Below are positions 28,701 through 39,879 of a stretch of DNA of 64,000 nt, piece by piece. Origin of the DNA: Paragordius varius (Eukaryota > Animalia > Nematomorpha); NCBI GenBank assembly GCA_964247055.1, contig OZ176055.1, positions 7,626,001 through 7,690,000 of the forward strand, in the 5' to 3' direction. The notes below the pieces were generated by a model, which saw nothing but the letters and a program-made list of their open reading frames with translations, did not search any database and was not told where the DNA came from. The translations under genes were made by a program, and so were the position numbers. Within the stretch, counting starts at the first letter, position 1; each line of letters opens with the position of its first letter.

Positions 28701-31301
28701 TTACAAAAATGCTATAGGATGTTTGGTGTGAAAAGAAAAGAACAAAATTAAGAAAGATATTAGCGACATTCATTATAGCGATATAAAAATCAATTACAAA
28801 AAAGCCAAAATTATGTGCATATTAAAAGTTTCCTATATTATATTTTAGAATTCGAAAGAAAATATACCTAACACTCTTAAAAACGTTTACAGCTAAAAAT
28901 GATTTAAAGAGAGTTTGATAACGAAACAGGTTGTTTTACGGACTTTTGAGAAATAACATGTTACGTAATGATAAAATAAATTTATGAATTAGTAGAAACG
29001 TCAAAAAGTGTTTTTGTTTGAACGTTTACCTTTTGTTAAGGGATATCCAGCACATTGAGGAAATCGGAAACGAAATCCTTCATCCACCATACAACCTGCT
29101 TGTAACCTTGGTCTTAGCCAATGTCCTTGGCAATTCATCTAATTGAAACAAAGGTTATCTAAATGTCACTTTGAACTGTGTTGTCATAAGCATATATAGA
29201 TAATTTAACATATTCTAAAATGTTACGAACCTGATCAGTTTGTGGATCATAGATAGAAAAGTAATAATTCCCAGTCAATTCTACCGGACAAGGGATCCGA
29301 TATCTTCGAAATGATGCGACTAATATAAATATGTAAAATTATTAATATGTTAAAAATCTTCTAACTAATAATTACTATTTAAAAAATGATCAATAATATA
29401 TACGTAAAAGGGGCCATTCATTTAAAACGAGGCCGCTTTCATCACACAATGAAAGATGTGGGACTTGTGCCATATCTCCTAAAAAAATATTGTTTATTTA
29501 TAATTAAATTTTAAATTTAAAATAAAAATATTTGAATCATACCGCTTTTAATTTGAACAACTCCTCGGTTTCGTACGATAAATTGCATGCAGACATAATA
29601 GGTTGAGCTGTGTTTGGGACAAAAATATAAGATTAATAGCTTTGCTTAGGAAGAATTTATCGAGAACATTCAATCATTATAATAATTTTTCGATTTATTT
29701 GCCATTATAAATTTTTAAGTAACTTATATATATTTTTAAGGGTAAAATTATCTGACCTACGACTGTGACTATGGTCGCTTTTATTTACAATCACACAAAC
29801 ATTATTTGGTCAACATATGATACAAAAATAAAAATATTATATTAAAAATAAATATATTAACATTTATATCGATTTTAGATCAAATTGTAGGTAAGGATAG
29901 AAAAACCTATTTGTTTTGATAAACTCCTTGCTTTGGAACCGTTTTAAACTAAAATACGGACACGGGACAATGATTTCTCATTAAAAATTAATCTTTTTAA
30001 TATCTCTTTTGAATTTATAATATGATTTTTGATATTGTTTCCAGATTCATTTGAATTGAATATTTTTTAAAATTCAAGTATACAATCAATTTTTATGGCT
30101 TATTCTTTCAAATATTAATTGTCATTTATTGATAATGGAACGAATTGGACTGTATTTGAATCTAAAAAAATGAACCAAATCAAAATCATTTGGCTAACAA
30201 AACAATGTAACTGAAACAAATCATTTTCGTATCGAAACCAAAACTATTTTTCCGAAATTTTTTATCAAGAAGTATCTTGAACTGGAGCTCATCTGATTCC
30301 AGCTGATTGATTTAGAACAAACACTGCTTCGAATCCCGAATAATTCCTTTCACATAAGATATATTTCTCAATATTTATCGTTTAATTATTGACGAAAATC
30401 GGTTATTTTAGGATTATCAAATCTTAACTCTGGAAGTCATTTTAAAATTTCTTGATGCGCAAAAATACATTTCATTTTTTTTCAATTTTATTAAGCAAAT
30501 ACTTATCCTCAGGTGAGTTGACTTTAAGGGTTTCATCCCTATACGGCTAAAAAAATAAAAGCACCCAATTACTTGTTAATAGTTCTTTGCCTATTGTGGA
30601 GAGAGGCGTCAAAGTATTAACCGGTATTCGGTGTGGAAATAAAAAAAAAGACAAACATCCCATTTAATTTATCTTTTATATCGAATTATTAAATTTTTAA
30701 TATGTCTTGTAATCCTTGTAAATAAATATTAAAAATGGGGGGTTTATTGTAATTAAATATATGATATTTTTTAAAACTTATTCCAGAGTTTACTTGTAAG
30801 TAGTGTCATTTTGAGCGACGATGTATTTATCACCATGCGTTTGAACACAACTCCGATTAAATGATAGTAAATTGTAACCGTAAACAGTAACGTTACTGAA
30901 TTCTTTGGCAGTGGCCTACAAATAAAATATTTAAATTATTGACAAAATATTTTTTTACAAATCTGGACTTAGATTTTTAATTTTTAAGATTGTTAAAAAG
31001 AAAAAAAACCTGCATAAAGCCGCCATAAAAAAGAACACTGTGATAGGATGATCCCTTCATTTCATTGGTATACCACATGTCCGTTGGGTTTGTCGGATCA
31101 TTTTGCATGTATTTAGGAAATTTACATATTTCCGCACCTTAATATTGAAAAATATTATCTAACACACACTATTAAATTAATTGAAAAACCTAGTATACAA
31201 TTTTTGATTTTTAATATAAAAGGATAAAGTTATGAAAAAATGCTGTTACCTGTAAAGTGGAAGATTAAAGAACACAATACAAATGTAAATGAGTTATACA
31301 T
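22151..31301 (-). CDS. Secreted, probably GPI-anchored surface protein: about 5 Cys-patterned modules (APCDD1-like/DUF7042-7044-like), one ShKT domain, ~700-aa N/T/P-rich stalk
   Basis: ATG at 31301 gives signal-like MYNSFTFVLCSLIFHFTG. Modules begin CKFPKYMQ..W, IVPCPYF, IPCPVELTGNY, PCEFAPELQGSW and IPCHIDGQY, with internal motifs such as YVCMQFIVRNRGVVQI, LCDESGLVLNEWP, RPRLQAGCMVDEGFRF and LQCFASW. ShKT CADETDTCESLKPLGYCDQKLQQLSCLKTCGIC at ~27133-27240. Large stalk exon in ORF 22966..24717. Last exon ends NSSGSVPNFKLFSFGVINTLLSLILFLTIF* (stop 22151-22153). Exons around 30200-30700 and 24800-25550 are not fully resolved. Confidence 0.75.
26713..26999. mobile_element. MITE (TA-flanked) with 21-bp subterminal repeats, copy 1, in an intron of gene 3
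   Basis: Left end tataatttacagttcaaattcaccc and right end gaatttaaactgtaaatggtata are inverted. The interior aligns with the copy at 39976-40310. Confidence 0.75.
28363..28566. mobile_element. hAT-type MITE in an intron of gene 3
   Basis: Imperfect TIRs (AAAGGCTTTCAA and the reverse complement of TTCGAAGCCCTG), internal GAACC/GGTTC motifs, and 8-bp flanks CACAAAAC / CATAAAAC (7/8 match). Confidence 0.6.
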
Positions 31302-31932
31302 TAACAGTGCCTTGTATGACATAATCTTTGGTGTTATACATTAACTATTTTAGTTGTTATCTTGCCTTCATCGGCTAACCAATATTCCATTACAATCTAA
31401 TAAACAATTAAATAGGTTAAAAATTAAACAATTTATATATATTTTCAATAAAATACTTGTGAATACAAATAAATCCGTATCCGATTTTCATTTATATTTA
31501 ATACAAATTTCCTCTTTTCTACTACCTTTTTTATAAAAATTTCTAACATTTCTAATTAATCTGAATTAGGTGTCAGTATACTTTAATTAGTATTTTATAG
31601 TTAAAACACAATAATTTAATAAAAAAATACGGTTGTTCAATATATTTTACATATGTAAACCTTATCAATCATATAGCTAGTAGTAATATTGTCTCATTTT
31701 TATTAGTCTCTATGTCACCTATAAACATTTTTTATCGATATAATATCTACATATTTTATTTTTATGATTGCTTTTTTTCTGAAGGATGTGAGAATCAAAC
31801 CTTTTTGTAGATATAATTTGTTAAACAAATTAAACCGATATTTTTTTAGGACCATTTTTAACACATTATAAATATTAAGTATTTAATTTAACAAATGCAT
31901 GGAGATTAGCATTTTTTAATTTAACTAAGTTA

Positions 31933-32990
31933 TATCGGGTATAGTCATAAGCCCTTACCGTTTTTTTAAAAAACAGGTAATGAATTATTTATTTTATTTA
32001 AAATATTAAAAACCACATTCCATTTTCGTCGTCTTTGAAATCATTAAAATGCTGATCTACGCGTATGTTTCACTATGAAAAAGAATTAGATCAAATTTGA
32101 TCAAGGAAAGTATTAGCAGATGCGGAGAATTTCCCATCAGAGAAGGTGTCTTTCGCCTGTTTCGTTTTGTTTAACGGAGCATTTTCATGTAGGAAAATTG
32201 CTTTTCCATGTCTTTTGTCCTAATATTACGGTCGTTGTTAATTAATTGTTGGCGATATCTCTGTTTATTCGTGATTTTACCGTGTTGTAAAAGTTCATAA
32301 TGCACAATACCGCTCTGATCCCAGAGACACACTGCATTATCTTTTTGACAGGGCCATTGGGCTTTGTGTTGAAGGATCGGCCTACTAGGTGAAAGGTTTT
32401 GGATTTACAAAATAAAATCACCTTCATCACGCGTCACAATATAATATGCAATAATGGTTTTATTCTGTGATGAATCAGGATTTCGTAAGTCACTTTCAGA
32501 TTTTTGAACGTTAATTCAAATTATTTACAGAGCTTATTGGTCTTTCCCATAGCTTGCCGACGTCTAATGTTTGTTTTTTATTACTTGTAATGATTCTGCC
32601 CATTGCCGTTAAGTATGATGAATGATTATCCAATAAATTTTGTACCTTATCGTCTTTGAAGCCATGTGGTTTACCAAAGCGCTCTCCTTCACATTAAAAT
32701 CACAACTTTTGAAATTTTAAAACTTTGTTTCACAGTTTTAATCGATAAGGCATGTTCACAAGTTTATACCAGCAAATGACTTACAACTTTTTTCTACCGA
32801 TCGAATATTTTTAGGCAAAAAACTCGACATGATTACTGAATGATAAAAGTAAGACACATCATTTTGCCGACTCAACTTGTGTTTTTGTAGTTTAGTATTA
32901 TGAACAAAATGGGGTCTGTGTCCAATTGGTATCCGTTCCTTTGACTGATGTAATCTTTTAACATGTAATGGTTTATGACTATACCTTGTA
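31933..32990 (-). mobile_element. Decayed mariner transposon (Mos1/mauritiana-like), internally deleted
   Basis: TIRs TAtcgggtatagtcataagccc / TAcaaggtatagtcataaacca with TA ends. Frameshifted transposase fragments on the minus strand: MSSFLPKN (ATG 32830; Mos1 begins MSSFVPNK), GERFGKPHGFKDD, IVTRDE (first catalytic D, IVTGDE), VCLWDQSGIVHYELL, RYRQQL, LHENA and WEIL. Confidence 0.85.
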
Positions 32991-35140
32991 TATGGGTTGA
33001 TTAACATGAAAATCTCAGTTAATTTAAAATTTGCTTTCTAAAATAATTGTTGTTGAGTTTAGATTAAATTAGCAAAACTTTTTTGTTGGCTATTGACACG
33101 GAAAAATAATTAAATAAAAGAGTTCCATCAAATTTAATTCTTAAGCTCTAAGTATCCTCAGATATGAAGTGTAAAATAAATTTTTATCAAACAATATAAT
33201 CTTATATGGCAGCAAAAAAAGCCATATGATTTTTAGTGCATATAATTTAATAAAGTATCGTTTTGATTTGCAAGGGTGTCAATACTTATATGGAAAATTT
33301 GGACTAATTTAGCCTATAACAAAAAAAATTTTGATGTATAATTATTTTTCATAAATTATATTATTATAGGTATATAAATATATATATATATTATCGAACT
33401 ATATGTAATTCAGCAATGCTTAACCCGCAATGCATTTAAACTATTTCCCTCAATTAATCAGGTGTTTTATAAATATTTTGAAAATTACAATAAAAATCTT
33501 TCAAACAATTAAAAATTTAAATCTTTAAATTATGTAAAAATTGTGTATTGTTCTAATTAATTAATCCATAAAGTTAATTAGTGTTTAGTTAATACAAATA
33601 AAAGTTAATAATTTGAATGCTAAATAAAAATTTGACTTAATTTCTATACACTTTAAAGAAGATAAATATACGGAAATGCACTTAATTAGCTTATAGAATA
33701 ATATAAAAAGGAATCAAATTTATATTCCTACATCATTATCTAGATTACCCCCGCCCCCCTTTCTCACTAAATTTTAATGGGCTCTTCCGTAAAACCCAAA
33801 ATTTACTTGAATTCGATTCGGTAGCTAACAATTTAAAAATAAATACATTTCCTGAATTCTCTTAAGCCAGCTTATTATAAAATTAAAAAATATGGCTTAT
33901 TAAATGGCTAAAAATATTTCTAACAATGTACCGTTTTCGCGAATTCGTTCCGAATAGATATTAATTGGGGGGAATCAAAAAAAGTGACGCTATCGAATGT
34001 GTATGTTAGATTTAAGATTTATGCAGTAAAAGTATTGAAATAATAATTCTTTTTTAAACAGCGAATTTGGAATATAACAACATTATTTCCCGGAATAAAT
34101 AAATAAATATGTAGATATTTATAAAACAAAAATATTTTTATAATAACACAAAGTTGTCAACTTTTTTGTATCGTGTGCTTATGTAACTTTCTAAGGTTTT
34201 CTAACGCAAAATATAATAAAATGTTTGCGGTTGTTTGTTTAATTTATTTTTGCATTAGGGGATGATAACTGTAGAAGCATATTAATATTTTCCAAATAAT
34301 AGCTGTGTATATTAATTAAATTTTTTAAACAAATTTTCTTTCATTATCTATCAGTCTGATAGTATTTGAAATATTTATAAAAGGATGGATATTCATTTTT
34401 TTATATTATTTTTTTTAAAAAAAAGAATAATTTAAACAGTTATTATAAGATATACGTTATACGTTAACAGTCTGCTGCACCAATCAATATAAATAATTAC
34501 TAGGTGTGCTGATTATTTTAAAATATCAATGAAATACCTTTGCAATTTATGTTGCATAAATACAGGAAAATTTATTACAGAGAAAGTTCAACAAAGTTGA
34601 AACTTATATATATATATACATACTTTATTGTTTTAGTTTCAATTATATATGTGCTTAATCATTCCAATATATATATATATATATATAAATATATTAGAAA
34701 TTTAAAAATATATTTTCGTTGAAATTAAACCTATTTCTGATTAGATATAACATATAATTCGCTATTATATAAATGTGGATAAGGCGCTGCTGACAATATT
34801 AAGGACTTAAAGCTTCAAAAAGAGTTGACTTATAGATTATGTTATTAGAATTATATAAAAATACATAAGCATGTATAAAATAAATAAAATAAAATATTAA
34901 CCTTAAACCTTACTCACCATGCTTATGTATTGAAACAAAAGAGGAAAGAAAGTTTCAACAAATCTTTTCTTCTGTAATGCTAAAATTATATGTAACTCTG
35001 ATTCTTATTCTACAGATCATTGTATTCAGGAAAGTGACAAATAGCTGTGATAGATAAAATAGGTATGAATGCATTTATACCTACTTTAAAGTTTAATGAC
35101 TTTACGCAAAAAAATTTGTTTTATATGAATAACTTATTTT

Positions 35141-35143
<3 letters not shown>

Positions 35144-35184
<41 letters not shown>
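35144..35184. repeat. (TA)n microsatellite
   Basis: Uninterrupted TA run. Many shorter TA runs occur throughout the window. Confidence 0.95.
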
Positions 35185-35190
<6 letters not shown>

Positions 35191-36772
35191 TTTTAATACA
35201 TATTTAATAGATATATCTTGGGTTTCTCTTTTCAAACCGTAAAAAAGCCATTTGAAATCGGAAATTATTTAATTGATCTTTTATGATTATTTTTATGCGG
35301 ACTAATTTTTATTGCTAATAATTAATTATTTGTTATTTATTAAAGCTACTAAGATTCAATAAAAAGAGTTAATAAAAATTAGAGTCCGATTTTTTAAACA
35401 TGTGTCGCCAACATTGGCATGTTATATTGAGAATCATTTTACAAAATTTTAGTCATTTTGAAATAAGAGCTTGAATATGTGAGAAAATAATTATATATTA
35501 AATAATCATTATTAAATCAATCCTATTTTTATTGTCTAATACATTTGATAAATATTACAAACTTAAAATAATTAAAAAATGATAACCTACTATGATATAA
35601 CAAGAATCTTATCGCTACATTTCAAGACGCGCTTATTAAATAACCAAATTTTATTCTTTTTAGCACTATATATTAAATAATACTTTTATCTGATAAATTC
35701 TAACGCATCATGCAACAAAGTATGACGAGGCAAAGCCGACGTATAAAAATTGTGTCAAATTATAGATTTGTCGTATATTCTGTTAAATATATATTTTTTA
35801 GAAATTAAACAGATATAGGCTTTTATAATAACAATTTTGTAATGATAACATAACATATATTTATTTTCATGTATTTTTCTTGTAAGTGCATTTCCTTCCA
35901 ACCCGTAACCTATCAAAATTTCAAAAGGGGAGACATTGGAACAGTTTTAACAAATATTATTTAAGAGCGAGGAATAGGATTACATTTCAGCCCTAGAATA
36001 ATATAATCCAAAACGAGTTTATTTGGAAGAAACTGCGGGTTTGGATACCGCAAACTATTAGCCTGATACCCCAGTTTTAAAATTTAAGAAAATCCTAAAT
36101 TGCCTTAATTACAAACCTGGAAAGACTTCCTTATAAAAAAACCATCTTTGTGTCAATTGTTGATTTTATGTTTCGTCAAAGTTTAACTATCTTAGCGATT
36201 GCGCTTCACAGATATTTCCTCATAAAATAATTTGAATTCTGACATGATAAGCAAATAAGTAATGTTACCAACTGAATATAGGATGGTAAGGAGTTTTAAA
36301 ATATTTGAAAATTTTGTTAAAAGAGTTGAATGAAAGATTTAAAATCTCCCAAATTTTGAATATTAATGACCAGTTAAATTTTCCCAAAAAATAACAAGTT
36401 AAATTTATTTTATCTTAATGGTGTTTTAAAAAATCGTAAATTTTTTTAACATTTTTTAGTGCTATTTTGCGTTCTGAAAAAAGCGTGTTGGACATCCCTG
36501 CTTTTTATATAAGCTCTGAAAGCTTCATATTTCATGCCCAATAAAATGGGCTATATTCTGGGAGGATTCCGCGCCAAGAATATGTAATTTATGTTTGATA
36601 TGGCATCATTTTTTCATTAAAAAGAGTATAAATGCTTTTAAAACATAACGTCAGGAGCACTCAAGTATATAGAAATTTTTATATTATATATGCTTAAAAA
36701 AATCACAAATTGCCATAATTTTAGATTTTAAGTAAAAATATGCATTTTAAAATTTATTAGTATTATCTAGAG

Positions 36773-37018
36773 CAGTGGTACTCACCAAAAAAATTTGACG
36801 GGCCAAATAAAATATACTTTTTTTTCAAGGGCCATGAACTTTATAATGGTAAATATTCCATAGCTATTTGACACATTTGCACATATTTATAATCTAAATC
36901 AGTGGTACTCACCAAAAAGACGGGCCAAATAAAATATACTTTTTTAAGGGCCATGAACTTTATAATGGCAAATATTCCATAGCTATTTGACACATTTGCA
37001 CATATTTATAATCTAAAT
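36773..37018. repeat. Tandem duplication (~127 bp) of the hAT terminus
   Basis: 36773-36899 is repeated at 36900-37018. Both copies start cagtggtactcacc and end catatttataatctaaat. Confidence 0.9.
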
Positions 37019-38971
37019 CAACACAATGAATTTTTTGCGGATCGCATGTAAATCCAGATAAAAACTCGTTTTGCACCATTTAGTTTAAATAATTAAAAAA
37101 TTTTGATAACAACATTTATTTTGATAGCCAATAATTTTTGAAAAATTTAGTTTCGCTTCATAACAGGCCAAACATAATAAGTCGTCCATATGATCATCGG
37201 TTAAGCGATTTCTGTATCTATTTTTGACATACTTCTTTTTTAAAAATGCCGTCTCACATGTGTAGGCTGAGGGTAAAACATTTAGGATAACTTGAGAACA
37301 TTTTTTTATATTATATTTATTTGGCACATCTTGCCAAAACTCTACATATCTTTCTTCTCTTCATATCTTTCTTCTCTACGATTCTCCTTGAATATAGCCT
37401 CCAAATTGAAATCATTTTTAAAATCAACGAATTCTTCAATGATATGGGCCTGATCAAAACCGAAATGCTCAAATTGCTTAATATTGGATATATATCCATA
37501 TGCCATGGATTTTCAACGAGTTTTAAGTAATTTTTAATATTTCTTAATTCTTGAAATCTGAATTTCATCCCATTAGATAAAAATATTAAATGATTGTTTA
37601 TTATTAAATTAACCTCGGTAAATTCCACTTTTTCTTCATAAATCGTTTTAAGTGTTGGAAAATATAGGAGTGTTTTATTTAAAATCTTGTTTTATATATT
37701 AATTTTTTTTCAAAAGCAAATATTTGATCACAAATTGGGATATTATTTTGCTCCCTTGAAGACTTGTATTAAAAATACTAAGTTTATAAGTAATGTCGAG
37801 GTAGGCTGATAATTCCCACCACACTATTAATTTCCCCGTCAAACTTTCTGTTATCTTTTATAAATAATATTATGTCTTAAAACAAAAAATCTATTTATTA
37901 CTTTGCTAAGGCTTAGCCATCTCACAGAGGTGTACAAAAGAATATATTAAATTCCCTGTGGATTTTCAGAAGGTTTTTACGGCGGTTGAATCTGCCACGG
38001 ATTGTTAAAAATATATTTAGACATATTTTGAATGCGTCGAGCACATGTTGAATCAGAAAGTTGAAGTTTTTTTAATTTGCCAAATGATTTGATCTTTAAT
38101 ATCAAATAGTGCAACCATTTATTAGACATTCTTTTATTAGTTGGGAATCAGTAAACGGTTTCATATTTTTTCCTGAAATATAGAAAATTCATACGAAGCT
38201 AAGTTACAGCTTTTTCCTGGAAGAAAGCTATGGACATAATAAATTTTTCTTTCTTGTATAATTCCATAATCTTTTTATATTTTTCGTTTCTTTTTTCATG
38301 ATTTTCTGGTATTTATGAAAAGGATGGATCGTAAAATGTCTTTCAATATTGTATTTTTTTATAATTATGTTGTCCTTACATATAAGGCAGGTAACAACGT
38401 TTTAATTTAACAAAGAATTTTTCTTCTTATTTTTTTTAAAAGAGCGATTTTGACCGGATAAGTTACGTTTTTTAGCATTAGATGTCATCCTTTAAATTTA
38501 TGTTTAAATATTATGTAAATTTTTTCAAAAAATAGCAATATAATTTGAATTATGCTATAAAAAAACAGGTCGAAATTAAATGATGTTGATTCGAAAAATA
38601 TTTATGGGAATGAGTTATAAAAAATGATGCTGGATAACAATGAAACAGAATATGCATATCCAAGTTTGGGTGAAAGGCTTGCTTAAATACAAAAAAGGAA
38701 TGCAATAAAAATTTCAAAATAGAAAAGAAAATAGAATACAGAAACAGAAACAACGTGTGCCAAAATTTTGAAATCATTTTAATGTAGGGAAGTTTTTCGA
38801 CATTAACATACAAATTACCAAAATTAAATCTACAGAAAATAATATTAAAATAAGCGAAAATTCGTTTATGTGTAAAAATTCATCAATAAAAAAAGGATAG
38901 GTATTAATATGGTCATAGGGCAATTAAAGCACTCTTAATGCGGCCCGCAGGCCGCGGTTTGAGTATCACTG
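36773..38971 (-). mobile_element. hAT transposon of the Buster/Charlie (SPIN/ZBED8-like) group with decayed transposase
   Basis: TIRs CAGTGGTACTCA / CAGTGATACTCA. Perfect 8-bp TSD ATCTAGAG at 36765-36772 and 36972-equivalent right flank 38972-38979 (nnnTAnnn pattern). Minus-strand transposase remnants YTSVRWLSLSK (cf. VRWLSRG), FRFQEL...ENPW and LPSAYTCETAF...KNRYRNRLTDDHMDDLL (hAT dimerisation domain). Confidence 0.92.
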
Positions 38972-39782
38972 ATCTAGAGTAAAAAAAATTCTTATCGCGC
39001 AACATCAGACCTTATTCGTTTATTTCAAGCATTTTAGCCGGATGGTGTCTAAAAATGATATTTTTTGACTCAACATCTAATAATTAAAATAAATTCATTA
39101 TATTATTTAGCCTTTTAATATACTAAATAACATTAATTTGTAAAATATTTTGCTTTTAAGGCTTTAGCTTCTACCATATTTGATTTACTATTACAGTTTA
39201 AATAAAACAATTTGGTTTAAAGCTTGTGCACATATTCAGGGGCAAGTGTGACAAAAAAATCACTACCGGATTAGGTTTAATTTTATGTTTGAAAGTCGAT
39301 TTTAAATGTAAATGCAAATCATTTTTCAAAAGAATGCAAACACATTTTTTTGAGGTATGACTGTTTATAAGGGTTATGATTATAAAATGTGCTCAATCTT
39401 ACAATGATATAAGCATTAATATATTTTTTTGATTGGTGTTAAGGCAGATCTAACCGGTTTTTTTGGCAATGTTCCAAAAACCTGTAAAATCTTTTTAATT
39501 TACCGTTTAATTATTTGAAGGAATCATGTATTACATGATTGCTATAAATAAAATGTAATATTATATCATGCACTAATTTGACAAATATTTACCAACGGAC
39601 ATGGTAATTATATAGTCTTTTATCAAATGTTAATTGGTTAAAATTTTTTAATTGATCAGTCTCATTTACTACTAAACAAACAGTAACACAATATACGTCA
39701 ATATACGACCGGCGTTTATATAATCCATTACAAATAGGGTAGACAGTTATTAAAATTTACAAATTATTTTTTCCCCTTGCTA

Positions 39783-39835
39783 ATGTATTTGGTTATCATC
39801 TTACTTTCAATTCTTTCGGTTAAAGGTAAATCATT

Positions 39836-39879
<44 letters not shown>

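Noticed and set aside
34905-34985. Strong minus-strand donor ATG|GTGAGTAAG with an upstream exon-like stretch
   Set aside because: Could be a 5' UTR exon of gene 3 but cannot be linked to any frame from sequence alone.
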